DNA of 64,000 nucleotides from a virus (lineage: Duplodnaviria; Heunggongvirae; Uroviricota; Caudoviricetes), in the IMG/VR virus record IMGVR_UViG_3300027710_000009; one strand, written 5' to 3'. The notes beneath the pieces were generated by a model. The model did not search any database. It had not been told where the DNA came from and saw only the letters and a list, made by a program, of their open reading frames with translations. Each line of letters begins with the position of its first letter. The stretch's first letter is position 1. Shown here piece by piece: positions 47,129-58,454 of this stretch. The translations under genes were made by a program, and so were the position numbers.

Positions 47129-50100
47129 TTAAGCCTGTGATTCAACGTATGTAACTTGAATGTCAACGTTAGCTTGTGAGCCCTGAGCAGGCACAATGTT
47201 AAACGCAACAATTTCGTTACCGTTTGGATAGAAGCCAGTTCCTGGAAGAATAGCACCACCAATTTCCTTAACGTTGGTCAAGTCAATGAAGCCAGAGTTC
47301 TGAGCTGACACTGGAATGGAGAACAACTGCTCACCACCCTGTGCATATGGCTGACCGTTGTGCTGGCCGCTTGCACGTGTGTCAAACAACACGTTGTTAA
47401 CACCATGTAGTGTTGTTGGCTTGTCACTGGCTGGATACACGTTAGCAACGAACTGTGTAAACGATGGTTGGTTGAAACCACCAGTTTGGTTGGTACCACC
47501 AATTGAACCACCTACGTTGAAACGTTGATTCAACGGTGCCCAGTTACATGACAATACGTTGGTTGGATTCAAAATCGCTTGCAACAAGAAGCGTGGCTTC
47601 AAGCTGGCTGATGTGTCAGCAACGTTGATGTACATGTTCTGCAACAACATCTGTGCGCGGTTGATAATGTCTTTGGATCCCAAGTCGCCTGTGATAGCGT
47701 TTGTAATACTTGGTGCCAAGCGCATCATGAACAGAGTCTGCACTGCTGTTCCAAGCACGTTAACGTTGGCCAGGTTGTATGTGAACTGGTATGAACGGTC
47801 CTTGGTAAATCCACCGTCTAGAATAACAGCAGAGCCCCAGTGATTCAAGTCTGGTGAAGCTGTTACACTGAACAAGCGAACTGCAACACCTACTGCATGC
47901 TGAACACCCGAACCTTGTGGCTGCACACCTATACTCAATGAACGATTTTGACCAAGGTTGTAGTTGGAGATAACTGCACTACGTGTTAGAGTACAAATGT
48001 TACCGTTGGCTGCAAATGGACCTGCGCTGTAGGTAATCAATTCATCTGTGTCAGTTCCAAATCCAGAAACAAGTACTGTTGCTGGGTAGGTCACGTTGGC
48101 TGTTGGGAATCCAACAATGCTGGCTAGGTTGATGTTGCCTGTTTCGTTTGGTGCCAGGCCAAGATTCAAACGTGTGTACGCTGTGTTATTAGCTGTCTTA
48201 TAACGAGCTGGCAAGTTACCAGAACGCATAAAAGCTTCATCGTTTGTGTTGTTGTTTTTGCTACGATGTGCCCAGATCATTTGACCGTCTGTGGCTCTCA
48301 TGCCCCAGTCAATAAAACCAGCACCGTACCAGGTGTACTGAATGGCCACCATCTGCATCTTGGTCTTGTCCATTACATAGCCGCTTGGGCCTGTACCGTC
48401 CAGTCGATCTTTGTTGAACTGGTCTTGTGGAATCAAGAACTCGTCAACCACAACCATACGTGCATCTTCTGCGTTTACCACACCACGATATGCTGGTGAA
48501 ACGTACATGGTGTTTTGACTTTCAATGCGACTCACAGTGTGACTCATACCGCGGATAACAATTTGATCACCTGCTAGCACTTGATCCTGGAAGCGAGTGA
48601 ATTGGTTACCGTTCACACGATATGTGTTGGTACCAATGTTCACACGGCCTAGAATTTCACGTGTTGAAGTACGACGACCTGCGTAGACCTTTTGACCATC
48701 ATAGTGCCAGAACACACCGTTTTGGTCATCAAACATACCCACACGCACTTTACCACCGTGCCAGTTGAGCACTGCGAATTTAGGGAATGTGCCATATTGT
48801 GGTGTTGTTGCACCCAATGTAGCTGTGGCTAGAACTGTGAATGAGTTCTGTGACACCACAGTGGCCACACGATAGAATGTGTTGTAACCTGAAGTTGTAA
48901 CGCCTGTAATCTGAACGTTGGCACCAACTTGTAAACCATGGTCTAGTTCTGTAACAATAGTAATTGCACTGCCAACGCTGGTGCCAGCGGCTGCAATGTT
49001 GGTCACAGTAAATTGTGGACACATGCTGATACCAGTTGTGAACATCATGCCTTTACCAGACTGGTAGCGGAAGTATTTCTTGGTTTGACGAGCAACTTCG
49101 TAACCAAACGCTGGAGCATTAACACCAATGTTTGTACCGCCGTCAATTGGACGGTGACGTACCAAGCTGGTTGGGAACATCACAATGTTACCAAACAATG
49201 TTGATTGTGTGCCTAGTGCGGCAACCAATGCGTTTGGTTGTGTGATAGTTGCACCTGGTTTTGCAATAAACGTAAACTGGTTCAAATACGGAACACTGTT
49301 AACTGTGAAAATACCAGAAGCGTGTGTGTTGGCATTTACTGCACCATACATCACTGTTTGTATCAACTGTCCTGGGAACACACCATGTGGCTCGTTTGTG
49401 GTCACTGTGATTGAACTTGGTGAACCACCGTTGGACACAAAGCTGATGTACTGAATGTTGGCACCAGTAAACACGCCGCCTTTGCGGATTGTCACGTCAG
49501 TTTGATTGCTGACTGGATTCAACTGCTGACCAATTTCACGATTTGGCCATACTTTTGGATAGTAGGCTGCGTAGTGAATGTCATTGATTTGGTTGAAGTA
49601 AACACCTTCTACGTTGGCGTTGTTTAGACCCAAGGTAGAAACATAAGCGTTGGCGTTGCCTGTACCAGCAACTGCGGCACTTAGACCAAATGGGCCTGCG
49701 CCTTGTACAGCACTGGCAATACCGTGTGAGTTGGCGTTGATACCAATGACCGGAACGTTAATGTTACCTGCTACGAACACACCTGCGGCAGTCACAACCA
49801 ATGATCCTGCAGTAATTGAGCTCAATGCTGTGGTACCCAGTGCGCCACGAACAACAGTTTGTGAACCGTTTAGGCCAACTGCTGGAGTTGTAACACGAAC
49901 AATTTCAATGTTACCTGTAGCGCCTGTACCAACTGCGGCAGGGCCATTGCCCATGCCAGGACCACGATCGTTGAACATGTTAACACGTACGATAGCAGAA
50001 CCTGGATTGAACTGTGGTGCGGCATTGGTGTTCATGAAGCCACGAGTGACTGTTAGTGAGTTTGTGCCTTGATCCACTGAGTCAACGCGAACAATTTCAA

Positions 50101-51196
50101 TGTTGGATGCGTCAGCGGCTGTGGCAGTTGGAATCAAACGCTTCAAACGTGCGCCTGCTGAAAGATTAGCGGCTCTTTGGTTTGTGCCAAGCACTTGGCG
50201 AACCACTGTCAATGAACTTGTGCCGCCACCTGATGTGACGCTCATCAATTCATATTCACCTGGATCAACAGTTTCAACAGCAATAATATCACCGTTGAGC
50301 ACAGCAGTACCACTAATGGCCACTGTGGTAGTACCAGTACTGGTCAGACCAGCTGTGATTGTTGTTGTGTCTGTGGTTGGAATACCAATCAAGGCTGCAA
50401 CGTCACCTGCGTTCCACGATGTGATATCACGTGTCACAGTGAAAGTACGTTGGCTAGGGCCACCGTTGGCAGTAGTAATACTTCTTGCACCTGCTATAAC
50501 AGCAGAGTTGGCCAAAGAAGTAGTACCACGTGGTGCTGTTGCGCCTGTGCCTGTGCCTTGGTTGATAACAATTTTGTAATCGCCAGTGAAGTGTATTGGT
50601 GCAGTGTTACCACCGTAACCAGCTGCTGGTGTAAAACCTTGATTCAACAAGGTCATTGATGTTGTGGTTGCGGCAGAAATTGCAGTGGTAAGCAATGTGG
50701 CATAACCAAACACGTTGGCTTGAACGTCTGTACCAGGAACTTCAAAAGTGGTTGGGTAGTTGAACACTGTGGTCCAGCTGGCCCATTTGGTTTGTTGTAG
50801 ACCGTATTCAAAGTCAGCGTCAATCAATGATTCTGGCTGAGCAACACGTTGGCGTTCAACCGCATCAATACCAAAGTCATGAGTGCGAACACGCATTTCG
50901 GTGGCTTCAACATAGATCATCAGCTTGTCATTGGCGCTCATGGCGCTGGTGTCAAGATCCAAAGTCAGTGTTGTTACACCGTTTTGATAGTTAGGGAATG
51001 TGGTTGTATCATTCTCGTTGTACGAGAATGCAAACGCACCGCGAGTGGCGTCGCTGAAGTTGTAGATCACCGTGTTTGTGGTCACGTTTGTGATCATTAG
51101 GATGTCTTTTAATTGATAAACATCTGGAATTTTCACTGTTCCGGTGTTAGCGGCTCCAGGTGTGAAAATATAGTATTGTATGCTCTTTCTTGCCAT
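47129..51196 (-). CDS. Large beta-rich virion structural protein
   Basis: 1355 aa; YIFTPG...LMITNVTTNTVIYNF; SLIDADFEYGLQ; RQTKKYFRYQSGKG. Confidence 0.7.
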   Translation of the reverse strand: MARKSIQYYIFTPGAANTGTVKIPDVYQLKDILMITNVTTNTVIYNFSDATRGAFAFSYNENDTTTFPNYQNGVTTLTLDLDTSAMSANDKLMIYVEATEMRVRTHDFGIDAVERQRVAQPESLIDADFEYGLQQTKWASWTTVFNYPTTFEVPGTDVQANVFGYATLLTTAISAATTTSMTLLNQGFTPAAGYGGNTAPIHFTGDYKIVINQGTGTGATAPRGTTSLANSAVIAGARSITTANGGPSQRTFTVTRDITSWNAGDVAALIGIPTTDTTTITAGLTSTGTTTVAISGTAVLNGDIIAVETVDPGEYELMSVTSGGGTSSLTVVRQVLGTNQRAANLSAGARLKRLIPTATAADASNIEIVRVDSVDQGTNSLTVTRGFMNTNAAPQFNPGSAIVRVNMFNDRGPGMGNGPAAVGTGATGNIEIVRVTTPAVGLNGSQTVVRGALGTTALSSITAGSLVVTAAGVFVAGNINVPVIGINANSHGIASAVQGAGPFGLSAAVAGTGNANAYVSTLGLNNANVEGVYFNQINDIHYAAYYPKVWPNREIGQQLNPVSNQTDVTIRKGGVFTGANIQYISFVSNGGSPSSITVTTNEPHGVFPGQLIQTVMYGAVNANTHASGIFTVNSVPYLNQFTFIAKPGATITQPNALVAALGTQSTLFGNIVMFPTSLVRHRPIDGGTNIGVNAPAFGYEVARQTKKYFRYQSGKGMMFTTGISMCPQFTVTNIAAAGTSVGSAITIVTELDHGLQVGANVQITGVTTSGYNTFYRVATVVSQNSFTVLATATLGATTPQYGTFPKFAVLNWHGGKVRVGMFDDQNGVFWHYDGQKVYAGRRTSTREILGRVNIGTNTYRVNGNQFTRFQDQVLAGDQIVIRGMSHTVSRIESQNTMYVSPAYRGVVNAEDARMVVVDEFLIPQDQFNKDRLDGTGPSGYVMDKTKMQMVAIQYTWYGAGFIDWGMRATDGQMIWAHRSKNNNTNDEAFMRSGNLPARYKTANNTAYTRLNLGLAPNETGNINLASIVGFPTANVTYPATVLVSGFGTDTDELITYSAGPFAANGNICTLTRSAVISNYNLGQNRSLSIGVQPQGSGVQHAVGVAVRLFSVTASPDLNHWGSAVILDGGFTKDRSYQFTYNLANVNVLGTAVQTLFMMRLAPSITNAITGDLGSKDIINRAQMLLQNMYINVADTSASLKPRFLLQAILNPTNVLSCNWAPLNQRFNVGGSIGGTNQTGGFNQPSFTQFVANVYPASDKPTTLHGVNNVLFDTRASGQHNGQPYAQGGEQLFSIPVSAQNSGFIDLTNVKEIGGAILPGTGFYPNGNEIVAFNIVPAQGSQANVDIQVTYVESQA

Positions 51197-51231
51197 TTTG
51201 GTCTACCTTATGGTTAATATGCTTCTTTTAT

Positions 51232-51603
51232 TTATACACCGAACACAATTCCAATGGAATCCACGTAACTTTTAGGCACAATTGAATTGGCCGTAGTTGA
51301 GAAGGTTCCAAGGGTTGGATTGTTAAAAGTTGCGGCGGTGAAAGTTTCTACACCACTGAAAGTTGCAGTTCCTGCAAAAGTCGTATTGTTTAGTGTAGCA
51401 CTATTGATCGTAGGGCTGGTCAGTGTCTTGTTGGTCAGCGTTTGGTTGGCAGTTAGTCCAACCATTTGTTGACCACCTGCCGCGGAGCCGTCATGCACAC
51501 GCAGTACTTTTAGCGTGGTGTCAACGGTAACTTCACCGACAGCGCCGGTAAAACTGTTGTTTTGGGTCGTTGTCCCTCTTCGGAACTGTACTTGTGTTGG
51601 CAT
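51232..51603 (-). CDS. Small Mtd_N-like fibre-associated protein, paralogue of 34261-34599
   Basis: QVQFRRGT...; shared C-terminus ANSIVPKSYVDS.GI.FGV. Confidence 0.75.
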   Translation of the reverse strand: MPTQVQFRRGTTTQNNSFTGAVGEVTVDTTLKVLRVHDGSAAGGQQMVGLTANQTLTNKTLTSPTINSATLNNTTFAGTATFSGVETFTAATFNNPTLGTFSTTANSIVPKSYVDSIGIVFGV

Positions 51604-51639
51604 TTGTTAACCGACTCCTGATTCGTATTTATATGGTAT

Positions 51640-52038
51640 TTATGCGAGCTCGCCTAGATCCACTGTTTCAATTGACCCAATGGGCTCCATGCAATCATAA
51701 ATGTCTGTTGCGCCGCCGGCGCTTTCTGCGGTAACAACGCCAAATGCATCTGTTACAGCTATTAAAGTTGCTAGCCCTGCCACTGTTTCGTCAACGGTTG
51801 TTGCTACTCCGTCAACTGTTGTGGTAGTTTGGGCATAATCTGTTGACCCGCCTTGCACGCCTGGAAAATACAAAGTGGTTGAATTGACAAATCCAGTGCT
51901 GGGGGATGTAATTGAAGTATCTGGGCCACTTTGTGTGTAAACAATATTGCCGCTGGTTCGTATATCGCCGTTTGAGGCAAAGATTGTCAATGGTCCTACC
52001 ACTAACCCAGTGTCAACTACAAATTTACTGTTAGCCAT
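51640..52038 (-). CDS. Hypothetical structural protein
   Basis: 132 aa; AGGA SD; within the fibre cluster. Confidence 0.65.
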   Translation of the reverse strand: MANSKFVVDTGLVVGPLTIFASNGDIRTSGNIVYTQSGPDTSITSPSTGFVNSTTLYFPGVQGGSTDYAQTTTTVDGVATTVDETVAGLATLIAVTDAFGVVTAESAGGATDIYDCMEPIGSIETVDLGELA

Positions 52039-52072
52039 TTTTATTCCTGTCCATCTTATTTATTCATTTAGA

Positions 52073-55000
52073 TCAGAACGGCTCCCATGGTTGGTCATTG
52101 CTGATCATGTCTGCACGAAGTTTTATTGTGCAGTTGCTGGTAACTGCTGATGTATAATACAAGCTGACATTTCCAGCACTGAGTGCCGCAGTAATTGACC
52201 CAAGAGCTGCCGCATTGGCAAATGTACTGATCATGTTGTATTGTGTTCTGTATGCATAGGTGCCATTGTGAATTACCATCACATCACTGACTTCATATGC
52301 ATTAACTGTGTCATTTTCAACCTGCACAACATATTTTGCACTGCGATATCGTCCAGCATCAAATGTGTGAATCAGTGTTGGTGTGTTGTATGCAACAGGA
52401 ATTTGTGGTGTTCCATTCCACCCAACTGTGCCGTCATGTTTGAACAATATGGTGTTGGCAGTGAGAGTACCGTTGGCTCCGGTGACTAGTACACCTTCGT
52501 CAATTGATTGTACAGTTACCAAACCTTGTGCAGCCGACATACCTGCTGTGACTGACAACGCCAGGTATCTACTGCTAATCACATCGCCCGGAGCAGGTGG
52601 CTCAGTGAATGTAATCACATTTCCGGTCACACTGTAGGCAGTAACTGGTTGTTGTAGTGTACCGTTAATGGCAATAAATGTGGCGGCTGTGGTTGCTTCA
52701 CGAGAAGTTGTGAACTGTGTTGTTAAGCCGTCACCGCTGAATGTTTCTGCCACAATGGTTGCTGTTTGGCCGCTTTGTGGTTGATACCATTTGCCGCCAT
52801 CCCAATATTCCATGTCATTGACAATGGTATTGAAACGCATCATACCAGCACTTGGCGAACCGTATCCTGCAAAGCCTGGACGTTGTGCTTCTGTACCACG
52901 TGGTATTAGAATTGCATCAGTTGAGTTGATTTGTAACTTTGCACCGGTTACCAGGTTGGCACCAATTGCTGAATTACCAATTATTACTTGATTGTATGCA
53001 CTTGATGTGCTGGCCCAGATCAGTGTTGCATCATTGCCACCACGAACATAAAAATCTCTGTTGTGGTTCTGTTGATCGTTAAAACGTGCGCCTTGGCTGA
53101 CGTTTAGGTTACCACCAATTGCTGTGCCACCCTGTACATAGAATGCGCCACTTGAAGTGGTTGTGCTTGCGGTACTGTTGGCAATAGACACTTGACCGTA
53201 GAAGGTGGCTTTCTGATTGTTGTCCACACGCAGAGCAAGAGTAGTTGACGCTAGGCCATCTGTCTTGGTCCAAAGTTGAGCTTCACCGCCGAGGCCGTTG
53301 CTGACAACTGTGGTGCCTTGTGCCACATGGCGCCAACCAGACAGTTCTCTATATGCACCAGCACTGTATCCGTATGCGCCAACCACACCAGTGAAATCAC
53401 CGTCTTGTAAGTTGGCAGGAGCATGGCCTGTGCCACGACTTGATGATGTGGTCCATCCAGGTGCTTGTCCCACAGTGTTTGCAGAGATTGCGCTCTGTGG
53501 CAAGTAAGCATCACCTTGATAGTAGATGTTTAGCGTGTCAGTACCAGTGAAGTCGCCATTGGTACCAATGCTCAGGCTCACAGTAGAAATTGTGTTGCCA
53601 GTTGCACGTTGGTAATTGAAGTTTTCGTTGTTTTGATCAACTGCTAGATTGCCGCTTGGACTCATGAACAAAATAGAGTTTGCTTCAAATGATCCTAGTA
53701 GGAAATCGTATTGTACATTGGCAGTGGTGAATGTTGCACCACGTGGAGTACTGTTACCAATGTAGATATTGTTCATATCACCTGGCAGTGTTGGATTCAA
53801 TACCAAGTTACCAGATGGAGAAATGTTACCGCTACCGCTGCCACTGATAGTCAATGTATCAGTGATTGTGACGTTGGTAAAGGTTGCCCTAACTGGCGTA
53901 CTGCTGCCAATGATCATGTTGTCAATGGTGCCAGTGGTTGTTGGGTTAATTGTTACATAACCATTGGCAGTTGGAGCAAATGTAATAATAGCATTTGATC
54001 CACTTGCTGTTAGATTGTTGTCAACAACAGCGTTGTTGGCAGTTAGTCTGCCTTCAATACCAACTCCGCCCACAACTTGCAAGGCGCCGGTTGTTTGACT
54101 TGTGCTGGGATTTACATTGCTGAGTTTCAGCTGACCAAACTGTACGCTGCCATATGTGCCTGTGAACACGTTACCAGCACTTTCAACTGCGGCTTGCAGG
54201 TAAACCAAGTTGCTGGTGGTATTTTGCCAACCCAGGAAGGTACTGCGATCAGCACCTTCATAATAGTGCATGCGCAGGCCACGGTCTTTGCCATCATTGG
54301 TTGTTAGTACGCTGGCATTGGCTAGTCCACCCATTTCAATAACAGGATCAACCACAGTCATGAACGTGGAATTGATTGTGCTTACTGTGCCAATCACATT
54401 CAAGTTGCCTGTAACTGTTAGGTTGCCACCAATGCGTGTGTTCTTGTAAACACTCAGTCCACCGTCAACAATCAATGCACCTGTGCCAATTGAATCAGTT
54501 TCGACTGTGCTGGTGATTTCTGTAGAACCTGTGTTGGTGATGTTGATTCTGGCAATGCCTTGACCATCAGCAATGATAATTTGGTTGCTCAACGTGTCAA
54601 TTGTGCTGCCAGTGTTACCACCAAGAATCACATTGTTGTTGCCTGTTGATATTTGGCTACCAGCACGATAACCAAAAAATTGATTCTGTAGTGCTGTGCT
54701 TTGTAGACTCAAGCCAGCTTGTGATCCAATGGCAGTTGTGTTTTGTCCAGGACCTGCGGTACCAGTACGATAACCAACCAGGGTTATCTCAGCGCCGTTT
54801 GTGTTTGTTGCGGCTGCTTCGCTACCAATGATAGTAGACTTGGCGCCAAAATTTGTGCCACTGCCAATCTTCTGACCAATAATAACTGAGTCTGTTGATA
54901 GGTATGATGTGGCAGTGTTGCCTGCTAGTACAATAGAAGTTTGAGTTGCTTCAAGAACAGCTCTGCCGCTTGATACACCAATCACTCCACCAACATTTAA

Positions 55001-56389
55001 GTTGCCACCAATACCAGTGCCACCTTGAACAACAAACGCACCAGTGTTGGCAGTTGTGGAATTTACACCGCTGACAACAAATGTGTTGCCAGTGGCATCA
55101 ATGCGAATACGTGGAGCACCGCTACCATCTGCCACAACCACTTGATTGTTCAAGTCAGCAATTACATTGCCGTCATACGAGCCAAGGATTACGTTAAATG
55201 ATCCGCTGGTGATCAGTCGCCCGGAGTTGTGACCAAAGAATTGATTGTCTGTGCCTGTGACAATGTTGCCAGAGCTTTTACCAACCAAGGTAGAGTTTGC
55301 GCCAGGAGCACCTGCGCCTGCACCCATACCAATGATGGTTGTGTTTTCGCCAATGCTGGTTATGCCTTGTGCGGCGCCCAGTGCTGTTACATTTGCACCA
55401 ATGCCTATCTTGAGTTGATCTTTACCAATTACAACGTCATTGGTCTTGTTGCTTTGAACATAAACATTTTTGCTTTCAAAGCTGGCGCTGGTACCAATAT
55501 TCAAATTGCCGCCAATGCCTGCGCCGCCTGATCCAGTCACTACCAGTGCGCCAATGTTTGCACTTGAACTGTTGAGACCGTTGTCTACCAGTACACTGGC
55601 ATTGCCTGCGGGCAACCAGATGCTCTTTTTACGATCTGGCTGTATGTATATGTCGTTGTTGGTTCCACCAAATGTGTGTATCTCTGCGCCAGAGCCTGTA
55701 CTTGTTTTGACAGCAAGCGCACCAGCATTGCTGGTATCTGTTATCATCAGACCATAACGTGTGCTTGACTCTTGTGTGATTTGCACAACAGGTATGTTGC
55801 CGTTGATTGCAACTGCACCTGTGTTGGCTCCAAATACTGATCCGCTGCCACCAACCTGCAAATTTTGTGTAAAACTTGCTCCGCCTTTTACCTGCAGAGC
55901 ACCTGTGTTGGTGTCAGTTGCTTCGACCACGCTGGAGTCTGTTCCAGCTGTTCTAATTGTGGTATTGCCAATTATCAAATTGGCATAGGCTGTTCTGTTG
56001 ATTACACCCTGTGTGGTTCCTGTTTCTGTTGTTAGCAGGCCTTGAAAACTGCCATCTGCTTCGCGCCAGACCCAGGCTGAATTCAGTGGGCCATAATTGG
56101 TTGGTGTAACTGGTTGAAGGTTTCTATCTATTAGAATACCCACATCATAGCTGGGAGTGCCTGCGTATCCATTGTTGAATATCACCAGCGGATCATTGAC
56201 CAGTGTGTTTGTGCTGTTGATTGTGTTGGTGTTTCCAGAAACCGTAAGGTTTCCAACAATAGCAATATTAGAATTGATTGTTACATCTGGGTTAAACAAA
56301 GACCCAACGATTGTACCTGGAGCAATTTTTACGTTAGCAAAAATAGTTGCATCAGTGATCTGATTATTTTTAATCCGCGTTACGGCCAT
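52073..56389 (-). CDS. Fibre-like structural protein (1438 aa)
   Basis: TGAL.V.GG repeats; adhesin-like (I/V)G repeats; C-terminal YRSAKY domain. Confidence 0.75.
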   Translation of the reverse strand: MAVTRIKNNQITDATIFANVKIAPGTIVGSLFNPDVTINSNIAIVGNLTVSGNTNTINSTNTLVNDPLVIFNNGYAGTPSYDVGILIDRNLQPVTPTNYGPLNSAWVWREADGSFQGLLTTETGTTQGVINRTAYANLIIGNTTIRTAGTDSSVVEATDTNTGALQVKGGASFTQNLQVGGSGSVFGANTGAVAINGNIPVVQITQESSTRYGLMITDTSNAGALAVKTSTGSGAEIHTFGGTNNDIYIQPDRKKSIWLPAGNASVLVDNGLNSSSANIGALVVTGSGGAGIGGNLNIGTSASFESKNVYVQSNKTNDVVIGKDQLKIGIGANVTALGAAQGITSIGENTTIIGMGAGAGAPGANSTLVGKSSGNIVTGTDNQFFGHNSGRLITSGSFNVILGSYDGNVIADLNNQVVVADGSGAPRIRIDATGNTFVVSGVNSTTANTGAFVVQGGTGIGGNLNVGGVIGVSSGRAVLEATQTSIVLAGNTATSYLSTDSVIIGQKIGSGTNFGAKSTIIGSEAAATNTNGAEITLVGYRTGTAGPGQNTTAIGSQAGLSLQSTALQNQFFGYRAGSQISTGNNNVILGGNTGSTIDTLSNQIIIADGQGIARINITNTGSTEITSTVETDSIGTGALIVDGGLSVYKNTRIGGNLTVTGNLNVIGTVSTINSTFMTVVDPVIEMGGLANASVLTTNDGKDRGLRMHYYEGADRSTFLGWQNTTSNLVYLQAAVESAGNVFTGTYGSVQFGQLKLSNVNPSTSQTTGALQVVGGVGIEGRLTANNAVVDNNLTASGSNAIITFAPTANGYVTINPTTTGTIDNMIIGSSTPVRATFTNVTITDTLTISGSGSGNISPSGNLVLNPTLPGDMNNIYIGNSTPRGATFTTANVQYDFLLGSFEANSILFMSPSGNLAVDQNNENFNYQRATGNTISTVSLSIGTNGDFTGTDTLNIYYQGDAYLPQSAISANTVGQAPGWTTSSSRGTGHAPANLQDGDFTGVVGAYGYSAGAYRELSGWRHVAQGTTVVSNGLGGEAQLWTKTDGLASTTLALRVDNNQKATFYGQVSIANSTASTTTSSGAFYVQGGTAIGGNLNVSQGARFNDQQNHNRDFYVRGGNDATLIWASTSSAYNQVIIGNSAIGANLVTGAKLQINSTDAILIPRGTEAQRPGFAGYGSPSAGMMRFNTIVNDMEYWDGGKWYQPQSGQTATIVAETFSGDGLTTQFTTSREATTAATFIAINGTLQQPVTAYSVTGNVITFTEPPAPGDVISSRYLALSVTAGMSAAQGLVTVQSIDEGVLVTGANGTLTANTILFKHDGTVGWNGTPQIPVAYNTPTLIHTFDAGRYRSAKYVVQVENDTVNAYEVSDVMVIHNGTYAYRTQYNMISTFANAAALGSITAALSAGNVSLYYTSAVTSNCTIKLRADMISNDQPWEPF

Positions 56390-56483
56390 TATTCTGGTTC
56401 CTAGAGCATCGGTTATAGCTATTTAGCAGACCAAATAGCTTTTGATTCTAGCTTGGTTTTGACGCAAAATTTGTAAATTTTGG

Positions 56484-58421
56484 TTAGATAACTGGGTCTG
56501 TGATGTACATCGCGTGATATTTTATCTGCGTGTCTGCATTGGTGCCCTGTGCTTTGATATTCATTATAGCAGTAAAGCTAACTTCAGTGCTCCAGGTTAG
56601 CATGGACGACCCAGTCTTGCTCACAAACGTGCTGGTGTGAAATCCTGCCAGGTCATCATGCACAACATACAATTCACCTATTTCGTAATTGTCACCTGTT
56701 ACAGTTTTGGCTGTGTAGGTATATTTGGCAGCACGGTATAAATGAATGTCCCAAGTGTCAACAGTAAAAGTAGAAACACCTACATTGGCATACGCTGTGT
56801 CCACCACAATTGGATTTGTTGCAACCGATATTCCAGCTGAAAGAGAACGTATTTCAATAATGTCTGTGGTCAACGGAACTGTGGAAAAAGTAATTATGTT
56901 TCCTGCCACAGAGTATGTGGTGCTTGGTCGCTGTATCACACCGTTGAAATTGACCAGTACAGATGTTGTGGTACTTTCTTGTGCCAGGCTAAACGATGCT
57001 GATGTTCCGTCTGGAACTATAGTTTCGCTAGTGATTACATTGGTTGTGGGATTGATCCAGCCAGCACCATCGTACCATTCAATTGATCCTAGATCTGTGC
57101 TGAATCTAAGATCGCCCACTTGTTCCAGTCCTGGAGTTGGACGTTGTGCTTCTGTGCCAACTGGCAATCTCAAAACACTGCTGGTATCAATTACCACACG
57201 ATCATTGTTGAAGCCAGTTAGTCTTAGTTCACCTGCAACAGTGCTAACAGTGTTGTCAGCGATGGTTATGTCCTGCCAGGTTATTTTGCCATCTTCAATC
57301 CTGCCCTGTTCCACACCTCTCACGCTAAAAATCACGTTGCCTGCAAAGATTCCGCCTGCGTCACTGTTGTCGTTTACAATAACTCTACTGCGTCCCAATG
57401 GACCATCAAAAATACTTCTAGTAGATGCCGCGCTAACACTGATAAGAGAATCAACATATGATTTGGTTGCCGCATCACTGGCCAGCGTTGGCACACCAAC
57501 ATCTGTTACTCTGTGGTTGTTAACAGTGATTACGCCATTGCCGTTGGGATCTAAAATCAAGTCTTGATTGGTAGTAGCAGTTCTTATTCTGTTGTTGAGA
57601 ACTTCAACATCACCCATTCTGGTAATACCGTTGGCTCGTAAATTTTGCCCGTCATAGGTTAAAAAGCTGGTTCCTTTGATCTTGCTATTTTCAGCTGCAT
57701 CAGCAAACAACACCTGATTGGTGTTGACGTTGTCCAATCTTATATTGCCAGTTCTTAATAAACTGTTGCTGTTAAAGAAGGTCAAGTTGGTAGTGGTCAC
57801 TACCCAGTTGTTTGCCGCAATGTATGCAATACTGGTTGGATTGCTGTTTTGTATCACTAGGTTAGCAGGTGCTAGTGTGTCAAATGTTTGAGAACCTGTG
57901 ACAGTGAGATTGGCCAAAACCATGGCACTGTTGGCATTAAAAAATTTAAGGCCAGGGTTGTCAATCAATATGTTGTTGTTGGCAGCAACAAAGGGAATGC
58001 GATCAGCTGATAAATTACTGATGTTGGCTGTGGCAAATGTTCCTAGTACATTTGCATTCAAATATGTAAAAGTAGCTGGACGAGGATCTAGTCCACCAAT
58101 AACAGTTCCGTCCACACGACCACTGATAACATTTGCATTGATAACTGTTACGTTGGCAATACCATTGGCTTGTAGCGTAAGATTTTGATTTAGTCCTTGG
58201 GTAGTAACTAGAGCACCTGCGTCTAGCACCACGTTGCCTATTGCGGCATTGCCGCCAACGTTGAAAACATATGGACCACCGCTGCCACCTCGCAACGCCA
58301 TTATGAACTCTGAGAAATTCAAAGTAACCAACTCAAACGAATTGGTCGTAAAAGTCAGATCTATGCCTTGCCGGTCTAATTCCTGCAATAGCATGGGTCC
58401 TGCAACTCTTCCAATGGCCAT
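56484..58421 (-). CDS. Fibre-like structural protein (645 aa)
   Basis: DAATKSYVD; LPVGTEAQRP...RF; YRAAKY domain shared with the 1438-aa protein. Confidence 0.75.
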   Translation of the reverse strand: MAIGRVAGPMLLQELDRQGIDLTFTTNSFELVTLNFSEFIMALRGGSGGPYVFNVGGNAAIGNVVLDAGALVTTQGLNQNLTLQANGIANVTVINANVISGRVDGTVIGGLDPRPATFTYLNANVLGTFATANISNLSADRIPFVAANNNILIDNPGLKFFNANSAMVLANLTVTGSQTFDTLAPANLVIQNSNPTSIAYIAANNWVVTTTNLTFFNSNSLLRTGNIRLDNVNTNQVLFADAAENSKIKGTSFLTYDGQNLRANGITRMGDVEVLNNRIRTATTNQDLILDPNGNGVITVNNHRVTDVGVPTLASDAATKSYVDSLISVSAASTRSIFDGPLGRSRVIVNDNSDAGGIFAGNVIFSVRGVEQGRIEDGKITWQDITIADNTVSTVAGELRLTGFNNDRVVIDTSSVLRLPVGTEAQRPTPGLEQVGDLRFSTDLGSIEWYDGAGWINPTTNVITSETIVPDGTSASFSLAQESTTTSVLVNFNGVIQRPSTTYSVAGNIITFSTVPLTTDIIEIRSLSAGISVATNPIVVDTAYANVGVSTFTVDTWDIHLYRAAKYTYTAKTVTGDNYEIGELYVVHDDLAGFHTSTFVSKTGSSMLTWSTEVSFTAIMNIKAQGTNADTQIKYHAMYITDPVI

Positions 58422-58454
58422 TTGCTTCCTCCTACTCTGTATTTACCGAGTAGA

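Noticed and set aside
34261-51603. Diversity-generating retroelement suggested by Mtd_N-like domains and fibre repeats
   Set aside because: No reverse transcriptase in the window, and the repeat differences I inspected are synonymous rather than adenine-specific.
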